Source of the DNA: Macrostomum lignano
Lineage: Eukaryota
Reading direction: 5' to 3'
Length of the DNA: 64,000 nucleotides
Assembly: GCA_002269645.1 (NCBI GenBank)
Contig: NIVC01001376.1
Coordinates: 1 to 64,000 of the forward strand
This document shows positions 33,220-47,129 of this stretch, one piece after another. The position numbers were made by a program, and so were the translations under genes. Position 1 is the stretch's first letter, and each line of letters opens with the position of its first letter. The notes beneath the pieces are model-generated. The model did not search any database, had not been told where the DNA came from, and was given only the letters and a program-made list of their open reading frames with translations.

Positions 33220-34807
33220 ATTTTATAAAACTTTTCGCTTGGAGTAAAACTTCAATTTGAGCCTTTCTGCTTTTTTGGAGATGGCGAGTGTATCTGATTA
33301 TATTGAGAGGCTGCTAGCTAAGGGCCAATAGGTATTCTTACCAGCCCAGTCCCATTGTTTTTTAATTGGTGCCAAAAATTGCATACAGCATGCAGGTAGC
33401 AGAAAAACTTCTAATTGGCAGCCTCCATTGTTCCTTGATCATTAAATATTGAACATTCCACGAAAAGAAGGAGGAATGAAAACCCATTTGAAAAGCAGGC
33501 AATACGCCTATACGTGGGTTCAACAAAGAGAGCCCTTAATTGGATTTCTCTTCTTCAATTCAAAAGTAGCTACACATTTAGACCGTTAAACCTATGCACA
33601 ATTTTTTCTGAATTTTTTGCGCGAAAACTGGCTTAAGGATGATGAAGTTGGAACGCAATTAACAAGGCGCACAGCTGTATATGCGCTGTCTGCATATGTA
33701 TTAAAAATTCTTGATAGAGCCTAAAACGAAGTGTGACGTTGTCAGTTGAGGTGGCCCCTACAAGGGCCGTTTTAGCGAAAGCAGTTGCCAATGCCATTCT
33801 ATAATATTGTTAATTTGATGGTCTCGCATTCTAACGTCTGCTTATAGTAATGCCCAAGGAATTTTACCAACATTGCGTGACGTTCGTAAAGCCTATGTAC
33901 GTACAATGCGATCGATAATTCCTGTTTTTCAAGTTGGTTTTCACGCCGGCCAATAGGAAAGCCACGCATATATTATGCTAGCCTGAAATTAAGCTTTGTG
34001 GTGCACCCACCCCCAGCCCGCTCGTTATCAGTCCTGTCTGGCTGGGGCGCCCGGGGTTAGGCCTTGTTTACCCTTGTTTTCCGGCCCGCGCTCTCTCGCT
34101 CTCCCTCTCCGCCTCTGCCAAGTTTGCTCGGGCAAGTCCACCCTGCCAAACTTAAGTCACGCCACTGTCCCGAGTGGGAATCACGCCACTCCTTCACCGT
34201 CGCCACTTCATCGCCGTAGCCCATTTGCTATCCATCGCCATTTTTGTTGCCTGGTCGCAGTGCCCAGAATACAATAGCACGGATTCAGCGCCAACCAGAC
34301 CCATAGTCCCACTCTCATATTGCTGACAGAAACCTATAGCGAGCGGGTCCATCTGACCATAATAAATTTCCGCCATCGGCCATAACCTAACAATTACATT
34401 GACTACGTTTAAGTCTGAGTGCTACCGCTACACAATGTGCCTCCGTTGTTATTCGCCTCATTTGATCCTGGGACTGAGTCTGCCTTTAAATCGTCACAGA
34501 AGTCTCATTTCTATTAAGTCACTGGAAGCGGAGAGATTTGAGAGAGACCCTTCTAGCTCGTACGTAAATGCATGTAAGTTCTTAAGACTTAGACTCGAGG
34601 CAAGCACAAGCCAGGTTGCTTTAAATTCGTGTAAATGGATTTTTCACGAACAGCGAAAGTATCCTATTTGCAACAATCGAAGAGCTATCTATCTGACCCA
34701 AAGACGAAAAAACCACACGAAGGCGGTCAGTTACCAGGCACAGAATACAGCGGCGCCACATTTCGCTTACTTTTACCACTTTTGGTTTTGTTATTTTGAA
34801 GATAGGA

Positions 34808-35755
34808 CCACAGAACTTACTCAGAATGCTCAATCAGCGATTTAATGAAATTAAACTGCGTAGAAATAGATATGCGTACAAACTACTAATCCGGTGAAGA
34901 AACATAAGTAGCCATAGATTATTACTCAAGTGTGTAGCACAAGATATATTAATTTAATAGAATTACTTGCAGCAGCATTGTCTTTTCACAAAGAATTTGG
35001 ATGCTTGGTTTTGCTGCAGTGAAGCATGCCTTCTGCAAAATCGCGAAAACAGTGTGCTGCCTATGGCTGTCCAAATTATTCCTATCGTTGTCCACCAGAA
35101 ACCAGGTTTCACAGCTTTCCTTCAAACCGTGCCCGGTAAGCTTAGTCGAATCGAGACTAATATTATTTGCATGAAAACTCAGATTGCGTCTTAGATTGCG
35201 ATCTACGGAAGCAGCTTCCTGTGTCAACTCTTCCTCCGCCTCAACTCGGTGCCATGGCTTGAGCCCTCTAGTGAACGCATTTATCAACGATCAACAAAAA
35301 ATGCGAACAGGAATCGACCAACGTGGTCACGCTCGTCACTCCGAATTGCAACAGGACTTCTCCACTATAGTCCCCGTTGCCATCGTTTCCTGCGAGACAT
35401 TGGATTTAAACTGCCAAGCCGCGTCACTATTCGCCGAAAGATCGGGAGTTGTCTGCGCCAACCTGTGCTTTAATGACACTTGTCCGTTTTTTATCCAACT
35501 TTTTGAGTTGCATCACTTCAAAACTTTTTGTGCTCCAGTTTAACTGGTTTCTACGTTTCACGTTTTACGTTTCGATTGCTGCATGGTTTCTGGTTACTGA
35601 CTTAATAAATCAGGCGGTCTTGTGCTACACACTTGAGTATTAGTCTATGGCTACTTATGTTTCTTCACCGGATTAGTAGTTTGTACGCATATCTATTTCT
35701 ACGCAGTTTAATTTCATTAAATCGCTGATTGAGCATTCTGTGTAAGTTCTGTGGG
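34808..35755. mobile_element. Non-autonomous DNA transposon with ~135-bp near-perfect TIRs
   Basis: ccacagaacttac...gtagccataga...tgtgtagcacaaga (~34808-34943) is mirrored at ~35617-35755. tagg(a) is present on both flanks. Superfamily not assigned. Confidence 0.75.
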
Positions 35756-36153
35756 TAGGACCTTAGACAACTATTTTTAGAACTCTAAAGCTCATATCCA
35801 AGCCATAGAAAAAATTGCCAAATTCGAAAATTCTTTTTTACATTCGGGCTTGAGAAAGTATAGTCAGTGGGGAAACCCATATTAGATAAGCTATAAAATC
35901 GATTTAACTCTCAGTAGTCTATCTTCCAAACCGGTATTGTTTCAGTAACTCGTTGTCCGCTAAGGCTCCTAGAAAGTCACAGAAGAATGTTAGAAGCCAT
36001 TCATGCATTCAGGCAAGTTAAACCATATCGTACAGAACACTACTTACCTGTCTCAAAACACTCGTGGAACTCGATGCCTCTCATTGTTCCATCGGGCCAA
36101 AATAATTGCCAGCATTTTGAAGCAACGAAGACGAGTGGATTTACTAATGACTA

Positions 36154-37049
36154 CACCTTTTTGCATTCAATTTCAACCAAAGTCGCATTCAATTTCAGCA
36201 AGCTGGCGTTCAGAATCGGCAATCTAAATTTAGCCAACCAAATCTTCATTCAATTTAAGCATGCTCGCATTCCATTTCAGCGAACCACATTCAATTTCGG
36301 CAATCTGCACTCAAATTCAGCAAAATTTTATTAGCTAAACGTAAAACGAAATAAATGTCGTCCAATACATGTACAGTGTCATAGGGAACAGAAACAGAAA
36401 ATCGAAGTCACGTGAAGTGTGGCCCTTCAGTCTCCATTGATGTGCATCCTGGCCAGGCATCTCGGTACAAAGCTGAAGCAGTGATTGTACCACTGGAGAC
36501 ACTTGTCCCTAGTGACACTGTCATTCACTGTTAGATCGGCGAAGCGCATCAGCTCGTCCCTTCGATATTCAGCCAGGGTACGCCCAGCGCGAGCTTCGTC
36601 GGATGGATTGATGAAAACTTCGAGGCTGTCACTGAGTTCACTTTTAATGGCCGCCTTCCATGCGGAGATGGCGCTCTCAACGGGTGTTAAAAATGGGCTG
36701 TATCTAGGGAGTCAACGGAACTCAGCCAGTCCCACAACCTCTTGTAATTCAGCGTCATTATGGCTGCTGACATTATCAAAAATAAGGTATGCAAGTTGGT
36801 GCGGCCAGGCCATTTGAGCGTTACCCATCACAATTTGCAGAAATTCGGCGAATCTCTCCTGCATTCTGCATTCTGCATTCAAAATTAAATTGAATGCAGA
36901 TTGCCGAAATTGAATGTGTTCGCTGAAATGGAACGCGAGCATGCTTAAATTGAATGAAGATTTGGTTGGCTAAATTTAGATTGCCGATTCTGAATGCCAG
37001 CTTGCTGAAATTGAATGCGACTTTGGTTAAAATTGAATGCAAAAAGGTT
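36154..37049 (-). mobile_element. Tc1/mariner (IS630-like DDE) deletion derivative
   Basis: ~155-bp TIRs with TA on both flanks (36152-53, 37050-51). Minus-strand remnant LIFDNVSSH...FR*LPRYSPFLTPVESAISAWK matches the DN-x2-3-H and LPxYSPxLNPIE motifs. Confidence 0.85.
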
Positions 37050-38049
37050 TAAATGACTTAGGCTCTCGATGTGTCTTAAAGTTAGGGTCGAAGTTGGGGT
37101 TTTCAGCCATAGAATGCTATCTTTATAAAACACTTTGACCATAAGTTCAATCTTATCTTACTCTGGGTCGCACCTAAGTTGGTTCCCAGCTAAGACTCAC
37201 ATTTATCTTTATAAAACATGCAACCCCTAAGTTCATGCGTAAGTTGGCACTTAGATCAAACTTAGCTTTATAAAACACCCCACTGGTGTCGCTTTCGAAG
37301 CAAACAGGCGCACACATTCAACACGGTAGAAGAATCGGAAGCCATGCAGCGAGCTTTTGGAGGAAGATAGGAGAGCTTTGTCACCGCAGGATAAGCGCTA
37401 GATGAACAAGATCACGTAGCACGTCAGGTGGCTCCTATGCTATGACAAGATAAGCAACTAAAAGTACGAGCTGACTGTGAGTGCAATTGAAAGGGGGTGA
37501 TAGCGCCCATGCCCTCTTTTCACAATGGCTGAAGGTGAAGCTGCAAACTTTGTGATCTGACCCCTGAATGTCATCTGATCTATGTTGACGAGATTGCGGA
37601 TTTAACATACATGTACGTGGATCGACAAGACACACATGCGCAACGATCGAAGAGTGCAGTAAGTGAATATCATCCAGGCAATTTCACCGGATCTTGGCCT
37701 GGTTCTCTATAAGATCGTGAGCCAGACACTGACTGCCGACATATTAATTATAGGTGTTCATCGAGGAGCTGCTCAATTCTGGCCAATAAAGGCGTCGAAA
37801 AGCAGCCGACCGTGCATTTCTGCATAATTATGGATGCAGGCGCTCGCTTTCCCAACGGGGTGAGGATCCCACAACAGCTTGAAATGAACATGGCGCGTGG
37901 TGTAGCTGCCACCACGTGGTGTGGCTTTTCTAAATCCAACTGAGAGCGCACATTCCTGCTTGAAGGCGGCAATCAAGCGTCAACTGTTTCAGCCGCGAGT
38001 ACAAGTTAAATTGGACAGACCCCCCCTAAGTATAAGTGGTCGCCATCAT

Positions 38050-39900
38050 AAGCTCGAAAAATCACTATAGCTCGAAAAGTCACATCGTCGAAAACTGATT
38101 TAGCAGACACCATCACAAGCTCGAAAAGTCACAGGCTCGAAAAATCAAATCGTCGAAAAGTTTAACAATCACCATCGCAAGCTCAATAGTCACTAACTCG
38201 AAAAGTCACATCGTCGAAAAGTCACATCGTCGAAAAGTCATACTGTCGAAAAACTGATTTAGCAACAACCATCACAAGCTCGAAAAGGCACAAGCTCAAA
38301 CCCTAACCATAACCTAACCCTAACTAAGGCACAGTTAAACTCTAACCCTAACCCTATCCCTATTGAATCGTTCGTTGAACTACATGTATTTTTCGTTTGT
38401 ATTCGATCGGTTCTTTTCTAATTTTAGCATCCAAACTAGCAATCTACGCCCCCCAACGGGGAGCCAAAGAAATGCAATACACGTATTTTTAATAAGCTAC
38501 ATGTAGCCTTGAAATCTTAAAAAATCTCCTGTCAAACTTCTAACCCTAACCAAAACCCTAAATTCAATATTTTGTCCATGAGTTTTTGCATGATCGATGC
38601 TTCTATGATTTTTGGCATGACGCTTCCATTGTTTTTGCATGACGCTTCCATTATTTTTGCATGATGCTTCCATGATAAACATTTTTAATAAGCTAAATGA
38701 GCCAAGTTATAAGCTACCCTAACCCTAACCCTAACCCGAATCTTACCGCAATAACCCTGAACCTAACCCTAAACCTAAACCCTAATACCAACCCTAACAC
38801 TAACCCTACAGCCTGACATCTGCATAAGTTTGTGAAGAGCTAGTAGTATTTTTTAGCTTAGTATCTTAGCGTTAGGGAGCCAAAAATACAGTACAAGTTT
38901 TGTAATAAACTACATGTAGCATCTCTTTGCAATATACCTCAGAAGTCCCTTGTAAGCCTTGAAATGTCAGTAATTCCCCCCACAAGCTTTAACAAATCAA
39001 CTTCCCCCCTTGACATCTCAGCGATGCCCCAAATAAGCCTTGAAGTCTAAAAAAAATCTGTCAACCTTCTAACCCTAACCCTAGCCTAACCCTAACCCTA
39101 ACCCTAGCCTAACCCTAAACCTAACCCTAGCCTAACCCTAACCCTAACCCTAACCCTAACCTAACCCTAAAGCATTGTAATTTCAGTAATTCTGAGTCAT
39201 TATAGCACTACTACAGCATTATAGCGATTCCCTGCAAGCCTCGACATCGTAGGGATTCCCAAATGAATCTCTTAAGTTTGACATGAAGCTTCTTTTTTTA
39301 CACTATGCTTTTTCTATCAGCGAGCCCTGAGGAGCCAACAAAAAATGTAATAAAAAGTTTTCAATAAACTACATGTAGCTTCTGACTTTAGCCTTGAAAT
39401 CTCATTTATACCCCCGTGAGCCTTGACATCTCAGCTATTCCCCCCGTAAGCCTTGACATGTCAGCGATGCCCCCCATAAATCTTGAAATCTAAAAAAATC
39501 CCCTGTTAACCTTGAAACCCGATAAAATATAACCCTCAACCCACACCTGACCTAAACCTAACTTTAACCCAACCTAAAGCCTTGAAATCTCAGCAATTCT
39601 TCTCCCCTAAGCCTTGGCATTTTAGTGTTTCCTTCTTTAAGAATCACAGCACTATAACGATTTCCACCAAGCTTTGACATCGTAGCAATTCCCAAATGAA
39701 TCTTTTAACTTCGACATGACTTTTCTTATATGTATACATAGTGCTACTTTTATTTTTTACATGACTCTGCTTCTATCAGCGCCCCCCCCCTGTGGCGAGC
39801 CAACAAAGAATGTAATAAAAATTGAGTAAAGTACATGAACTTTGAAGTAGCTTCTGACTTTTGCTTTGACATCTCAGAAACCCCCCCCCCACCTGTAATC
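38050..39900. repeat. Composite repeat: (tcgaaaagtcac)-type array, then ~420-470-bp degenerate units each containing (CCCTAA)n telomere-like tracts
   Basis: CCCTAA tracts near 38300-38360, 38716-38810, 39070-39170 and 39535-39580. A gagccaa...aataa...ctacatgtagc anchor recurs near 38460, 38876, 39332 and 39797. Confidence 0.75.
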
Positions 39901-39999
39901 TCAGTTATTCTCTGTGAGCCTTGACGTCTCAGTAATTCTCCCCAGCACAGCACTGTACTATAGCTTCATTTAATATTTATATGACACCTTTCATGTCTG

Positions 40000-42012
40000 A
40001 CATGACGCTTCTTTTGATTTTTACATGACGCTTCTTTTATTCTTCCATTATTCTTCTTAATTTTTTAAATGACACTTTCATTAGTTTTTATATGAGGCTT
40101 CTATGATTGTTTGCATGACGCTTCTATGATTTTTACATGACGCTACTATGATTTTTACATGACGCTTCTATGATTTTTACAGGACGCTTCTATGATTTTT
40201 TAAATGACGCTTCTATGATTTTTTACATGACGCTTCTATGATTTTTTACATGACGCTTCTATGCTTGTTTACATGACGCTTCTATGATTTTTTCATGACG
40301 CTTCTATGATTTTTTACATGACGCTTCTATGATTTTTTCATGACGCTTCTATGATTGTTTACATGACGCTTCTATGATTGTTTACATGACGCTTCTATGA
40401 ATTTTTACATGACGCTTCTATGATTTTACCATGACGCTTCTATTATTGTTTGCATGACGCTTCTATGATTTTTACATGACGCTACTATGATTTTTACATG
40501 ACGCTTCTATGATTTTTTCATGACGCTTCTATGATTTTTTACATGACGCTTCTATGATTTTTTCATGACGCTTCTATGATTTTTGCATGACGCTTCTATG
40601 ATTAATACATGACGCTTTTATTATTTTTTCATGACGCTTCCATGATTTTTTCATGACGCTTCTATGATTTTTTTTGACGCTTTTTTTACTTTTACATGAC
40701 GCTTCTATGATTGTTTGCATGACGCTTCTATGATTGTTTACATGATGCTTCTTTTATTCTTGCATTATTCTTCTTAATTTTTTAAATGACACTTTCATTA
40801 GTTTTTATATGAGGCTTCTATGATTGTTTGCATGACGCTTCTATGATTTTACCATGACGCTTCTATTATTGTTTGCATGACGCTTCTATGATTTTTACAT
40901 GACGCTACTATGATTTTTACATGACGCTTCTATGATTTTTTCATGACGCTTCTATGATTTTTTCATGACGCTTCTATGATTTTTTATGACGCTATTTTGA
41001 CTTTTACATGACGCTTCTATGATTTTTTCATGACGCTTCCATGATTTTTTCATGACGCTTCTATGATTTTTTATGACGCTTTTTTGACTTTTACATGACG
41101 CTTCTATGATTTTTACATGAGGCTTCTATGATTTTTTCATGAAGCTTCTATGATTTTTTATGACGCTTTTATGACTTTTACATGACGCTTCTATTATTGT
41201 TTACATGACGCTTCTATATTTTTTTAAATGACGCTTCTACGATTTTTTACATGACGCTTCTATGATTCTTTAAATGACGCTTCTATGATTTTTATAAGAC
41301 GCTTTTACGCTTTTTTACATGGCGCTTCTATGATTGTTTACATGACGCTTCTATGATTTTTTACATGACCCTTCTATGATTTTTTACATGACGCCTCTAT
41401 GATTTTTATAAGACGCTTTTACGATTTTTTACATGGCGCTTCTATGATTGTTTACATGACGCTTCTATGATTTTTTACATGACCCTTCTATGATTTTTTA
41501 CATGACGCCTCTATGATTTTTTAAATGACGCTTCTATGATTTTTATACGGCGCTTCTATGATTGTTTACATGACGCTTCTATGATTTTTTACATGACGCT
41601 TCTATGATTTTTACATGAGGCTTCTATGATTTTTTCATGACGCTTCTATGATTTTTTATGACGCTTTTATGACTTTTACATGACGCTTCTATGATTGTTT
41701 ACATGACGCTTCTATGATTGTTTACATGACGCTTCTATTATTGTTTACATGACGCTTCTATATTTTTTTAAATGACGCTTCTACGATTTTTTTACATGAC
41801 GCTTCTATGATTCTTTAAATGACGCTTTTATGATTTTTTACATGGCGCTTCTATGATTGTTTACATGACGCTTCTATGATTGTTTACATGACGCTTCTAT
41901 GATTTTTTACATGACCCTTCTATGATGTTTTACATGACGCTTCTATGATTTTTTAAATGACGCTTCTATGATTGTTTACATGACGCTTCTACGATTTTTA
42001 ACATGACGCTTC
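40000..42012. repeat. 20-21-bp satellite (catgacgcttctatgattttta), ~2 kb
   Basis: Roughly 90-95 tandem units. A ~120-bp interruption is duplicated at ~40020 and ~40745, and a few seed units occur at 38575-38680. Confidence 0.93.
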
Positions 42013-45000
42013 TTTTTAAAAAGTCTTTTTGTTTTCCTGACGTTGAAAAGCTTTAATTAAAAAAATTATACTTTATGAAAATTCGAACCATCGTCGCTGC
42101 ATTTGGCAGTTCAGTTTGTTCACCTCTAGGCTAGCTCTCATCGTTTTGATAACATCAACTTTTGCACTTATATAATTCAATAGTTTAAAATCCAAGCATA
42201 GAGTAAATCACACGAAGCAGTTATGACATAATCAGTTTCTCAGTCAGTCAGTATCAGTTAACAATATGGTTACGCAATTTAAATCAAGTCTGGTGCTACG
42301 CTTCCACACTGCATTTTCAATTCAAGTCGGAGTTACAATTCAGTGATGATGCAATCTATTTCAGAATCAGAATTCAACCAGTCAGTTTTTTCTCTAGCAT
42401 TCTTACAATGCATTTCAAGTCGAAAAGTTTGCTTGACCTTTGCAAAAAAGCATGTTTTTCGAATATTTAATGCCTTTAGCATCGAGCAATTTCTTAGCCA
42501 CGATGCATGTACAGTCACGGGAAAATTTCTGATCGAACAGTGCAAGTTCGAACAAAATCGGTCCAGCCATTTTTTCTCTAATCGATTGCGTACAAACAAG
42601 CAACTCATTTTTAGTATATAGGAAATATGAAACATGTGAACGAATTAACAGTTTAATACGTACTGGCAGCTAAAGTGCAGCCTGGATAGTTTCGACACAT
42701 CTGCATGCTCCGCTTCATTCTCCACTGATACTTTACACATGTAGAATAATTTCAGTGATATATGTTTTTTGCCAATTTTCTGCCCAGCTATCAGCTATTG
42801 ATTCAGTTTTTGCTCAATTGTGCTCCCAAGGACAACTTGTGTAGTTGACAAGTTGTCCTTGTGTGCTCCATTCAGATATATTTCTCAAAAGTTTGTGCAG
42901 TTTTTGCTTTCTCCCCCAAATACAGTGTTAAAATGCAGCGCCAGTTGACGCTGGACTGACTATAACTGAGTGCTCAGATTAATAAATTAGTTATGCCCCA
43001 AAGCCCTTAATTAGTTTGGACTATAAAGACTACTGCTGGGAATTTTTATATGGCTTGCAAAAATCTATTTATAGTTTATGCGACCGCAGGTAGCGTGTTG
43101 CTTCCACCACGGTAAATTAACGTACGTACTACAGACCGTTAATTCTCAGAGCAGGTTGAGAATGGGTATATATTTTTACGCCCAAGTGGGCAAGTACTCA
43201 AAGACGATGCTAAACTTTATGATCAAATTAGAATACAAGCTAAATAGGTTTTATTGCAGTTTATTATTTACTGCTGGAGCCGTCTTGCGAGCCTAGCGTT
43301 CGGCAGAGCCGCGCCGTGCAAAACAAAACTAGAGGGTTGCGCTGGGTCACAAAATAAGTAGAGTTAAATGATGGGTTTCGGCCTTTTCGGCTCCTTTGTG
43401 GAAGCCTCCGGGCCTCAGGTCTCAGAAATAAATCAATTAGAGTCCTGGCCCCCCACTCCTGTCAAATGGTCAGCCCCATGGTAGCTTGATCTTGTGGCGA
43501 GCAGTATATAGGTCCTATATCTAAGAGAGGGACAGCGAGAGACAAGCAGGGAGAATTTTGAAGGTAGAGATTAGCCAATCCGCAGATTAACTAACCCGCT
43601 GCCACCAGCCCGTGCGTCCTGGCTCACCAAACAGGAACTTTCGAAATCGGGCTTCCGACTAGAGGGGGCTCAGCACTTACCTGCCAACTAGTGTCTTTTT
43701 GCTGTCAATCTCGAAGTCATAGCCGATGATAAAGGACACTGCTGGGACTAGATCGCATTGGCCATGCAGGTACAGAGGGGACTTGTGCATGGGATTCTTG
43801 CAGTGGCTAGACTATGGGGTAGCTATACATGTACTATTACATTGCTAAATACGAGGAATTGTACTTTTGGCCTTCAACGCGCCAACTAGCCTCTCGTAGC
43901 GCTGATGACAGGCTAACTCGAACATCGGAGACCGTATGATTCATTACCCGAGCCGCTTGGCGAACCTAGAGTGCACAGACATATCTAGCACCGATTTTGC
44001 ACTATTGGCAATTTTGCTAACTGATTTGATAGATTGATCGACTGAGGACTGCCTTGCCATTGATCCACTGCGACCGGCGCCTACTAGCTTAACTACTCAT
44101 CTGAGCCATCGGCGAACAAAGAAACAAAACCGATAACAATAACTGCCAGATTTAACCTTCTCACTAAATCACTTCACACTTCAGATTGAATTGGAGTATC
44201 AGACTACTATAGGTATTATTGAATGATTTCTGCCTCAATAACAGCACCGCTGAACAAAATGAGCAAAAGTGTGCGCCTAATCCAGCTACTGAAATAGGGG
44301 ACGGATAAGGGATCACCCAATCAAGCAAGTCTAGGTAGCCTCTCACCCAACCAATCAGAAACTCAACAGCCGGAGACCAGGTAATCCACAGTGACCGAAT
44401 CGGCTTAGTGCTTCGCAGCTGTAGACCCGGGATGATGCTGATGTCACAATCTTCGCAGATAGCTAGCAGGTGTTGTTCTTAATCTTTATGTTCGCTGCTG
44501 ACGACCGGGGGGATTCGTCCTTGATGATGATGGGGGGAGTCGCGATCCGGGGATCAAGAAACGACGGTCGAGCACCGGGAGGTCTAAGTTAGGCCAAGGT
44601 CCCAGGAGGCGGAGCAGGAGGTTGAGTCCGAGCGGGCCAAAAACACCAGTATAAATAGCCGCCAACCGGACCGCAATTTGTTATAATGGAACAGTTATAA
44701 CGCACGTCGAATTTTCTGATTGGCTGAGCTTGTTGCCACCCAAACTCACGTGACCAGAAGATCCTATCAGTTCGCTCGGGCCATAAAAATACGCAGGTGC
44801 GGTCATAAACCACTCAAAATCGCTACATAATGATTTATGACCTTTCGCGTAGGAATGAGAAAAATTAATGAAAAAGTATACATTAGGAAGCTCTTATTAA
44901 GTAGAAAGTTAAGATAATAAAGAGAAATCGCAAATCGCTAATCCCAAGGTACTTTTAGGGGTAAAACGCATCGCTGTCAAAGCTGTCACACGCTTGAGTA

Positions 45001-47129
45001 AACACGAACAACAATAGGCCCTGACCTCATAAATCTTGATGGCCTGTCAAAATGATGAGAAAGAAGCTACCGCCCGCATCCTCTCAGACCATCTGGCGCC
45101 AGCCTCAGCATTGAGTGAGGCGCAGGTGGCTGTCATACCAGCTCGAAAGCAATGATTTATGACCCAAAAGCCGCACATATGTTATTATAACTACAAGTAT
45201 GGCAAAGTCATATGACTAGTATGAATTCTAGGAAAATTACAAAAAAGGAGAAAAACGCCCATAGCCTGTTTTTAGTAGGCTAGCAAGTTTGGAGCCCATG
45301 TGCGAGCGTGGAATTTGGAAAAAGTGCGTGGTCCTCATCATAAAATTTTAAGCAACACAAAGCAGTAAAACATAAAAGTGTAAATAGACATGAAAAGGAG
45401 AGGAAAGAAGAGTTACATGTCAGCCCGTTTAGTGCGGGTTTAAATAATGCGCGTAAGTTCCATCCCGGGAACTTTAGGGGGCCTGACAGTGGGGCGATAA
45501 TGCCCCGCGAATGGCGAGTACTGATACTCAACAAAGAGCAATTAGAAAAGGGGGGCCGAATCCGGACAATGGACACCGGGCTCCGACAGATGGACCGCTG
45601 AGAGTCCTGACGGTGGAGGTGGGAGGGATCCCGGCTGCGGGCACCAAAGATGACGAAAGATTTTCGTTATCTCGCAGACGAGCCTGACTAGCTTATACTA
45701 TACGCGTCCCAGTGGAGGACTAAAAAATGCGTGAATCACGGGCTGAAGAAAATAGAAATTAAAAATTTAAATGGTCAAAAACACGTAAAGTGCTTGTGTG
45801 GTAGTGTGAGCTACATTTACCCCGTTCGAGTAATCTACTGTTCGCGCGAACTTGATCGTTATCGTCCGGGGTTTGGCCCCATTTGTACGTCCACCTTGAG
45901 GTGCTACCCTGACGTCTGCACCTTCGTCATCGTCCCAATTCCTCGTCCCGGGTTGGCCCATCTTTTCCCGTGTTTGGCGCCCCATTTCCCAGTCCTGGTC
46001 TTGTCATCCCAATTTTTGGTTTTCGTAATTTTTGCTTATGCCCCCCACCCCCGTAATTTTGTTATGGACCAGGCGTTGACCGCGGTGTGCACCAACTTCT
46101 GCCCGCACCCGGCCATCTGATGTACAATTTGCGTCATCGCCGGAAACACGTGAACCTATTTAATTATTCGTGCGCATGGTGTTTTTGCTTTTCTACTTCT
46201 TTTCTCTCTGGAAGATTACGTTATACCCATTTAAGTTACCGTTATTTTAACCGCTTATTTGACTTTCTTTAATGACTAATTTTATTTTGCTTGATCAGCT
46301 CCAAAAAAATTAACTTACTGATCCCTAATTAGCGAGCCTCGCGCACCGCGGCACCCCCGTTTATCGTCATCCTTCGTTTGTTACTTTGGTCGACTCCGAT
46401 CCTAATTTACTAAATTTAACTCATTAAAATACGCCTATTTAAGCACATTAGCCTCTCCTAAGTGATTTGCCCGTGGGGCGTAAAATAACAAAATTAATCT
46501 CAATTCCACACGAGCTCTGAGAAAAGCAACTTTCCGTAATACGTAAATTACGGTGGTGGCAGCGCTTACTCTACTGACAGTAATCAGCTAAGCATTTTCG
46601 ACGTACACTGAACTTCGGTGTCTAAGGCCCCCATTTGAACGACCGTGCCTAACGAAGACCGCTCGACTACGACCACAACTACCCCCCCCCGGAATTGAGG
46701 ACCCCGGCAGATATAGTATCAAGGAGAAAACTCGTGGAAAGTTAAACTGAGCGATTTCCGGCTTTAATTCGTGCAAACTCAACGCCGGCGGAAATTCAAA
46801 ATATTATACCGCCTCCTTTTGAAGCCTAGTGGACCAGTGACCGCGGTTTTTTAGTTCCAGTTCCCGATAAGAAAATAATAACAAAAAGATCGATTTGGCA
46901 AAAAACAGTTGAATGTAAAAGGATTTTTGGCTCGAAACTAAAATTTACCATCTGAAATCTGTGCTTATATAAAAAATCAGCTTCACAGACCTTACTGTCT
47001 CTTCAGTGCACGTCTCCAATCTTGCATAGCGTGATGTTGAAACGTCAGAAACTGTAGGATTTCGTAGCTACAAGGGTTTGTAACTTTGAATTTGTAAAAT
47101 AACCGGCTTATACTCGTAGGTAATTATAG

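Noticed and set aside
37071-38000. Possible Harbinger end (ctttataaaaca repeats) and decayed nuclease
   Set aside because: No matching second TIR and no convincing DDE motif in translation.
42400-42625. Helitron-like short-element 3' end (aaaatcggtccagcc...acaaacaa...tagtatatag); similar 5'-like motif at ~25925
   Set aside because: Resemblance from memory only; boundaries and hairpin could not be demonstrated.
43250-46900. GC-balanced region that might be an LTR or DIRS element or a promoter (TATA-like at ~44650)
   Set aside because: No paired termini, PBS/PPT, TSD or protein motif found; the short ORFs are uninformative.
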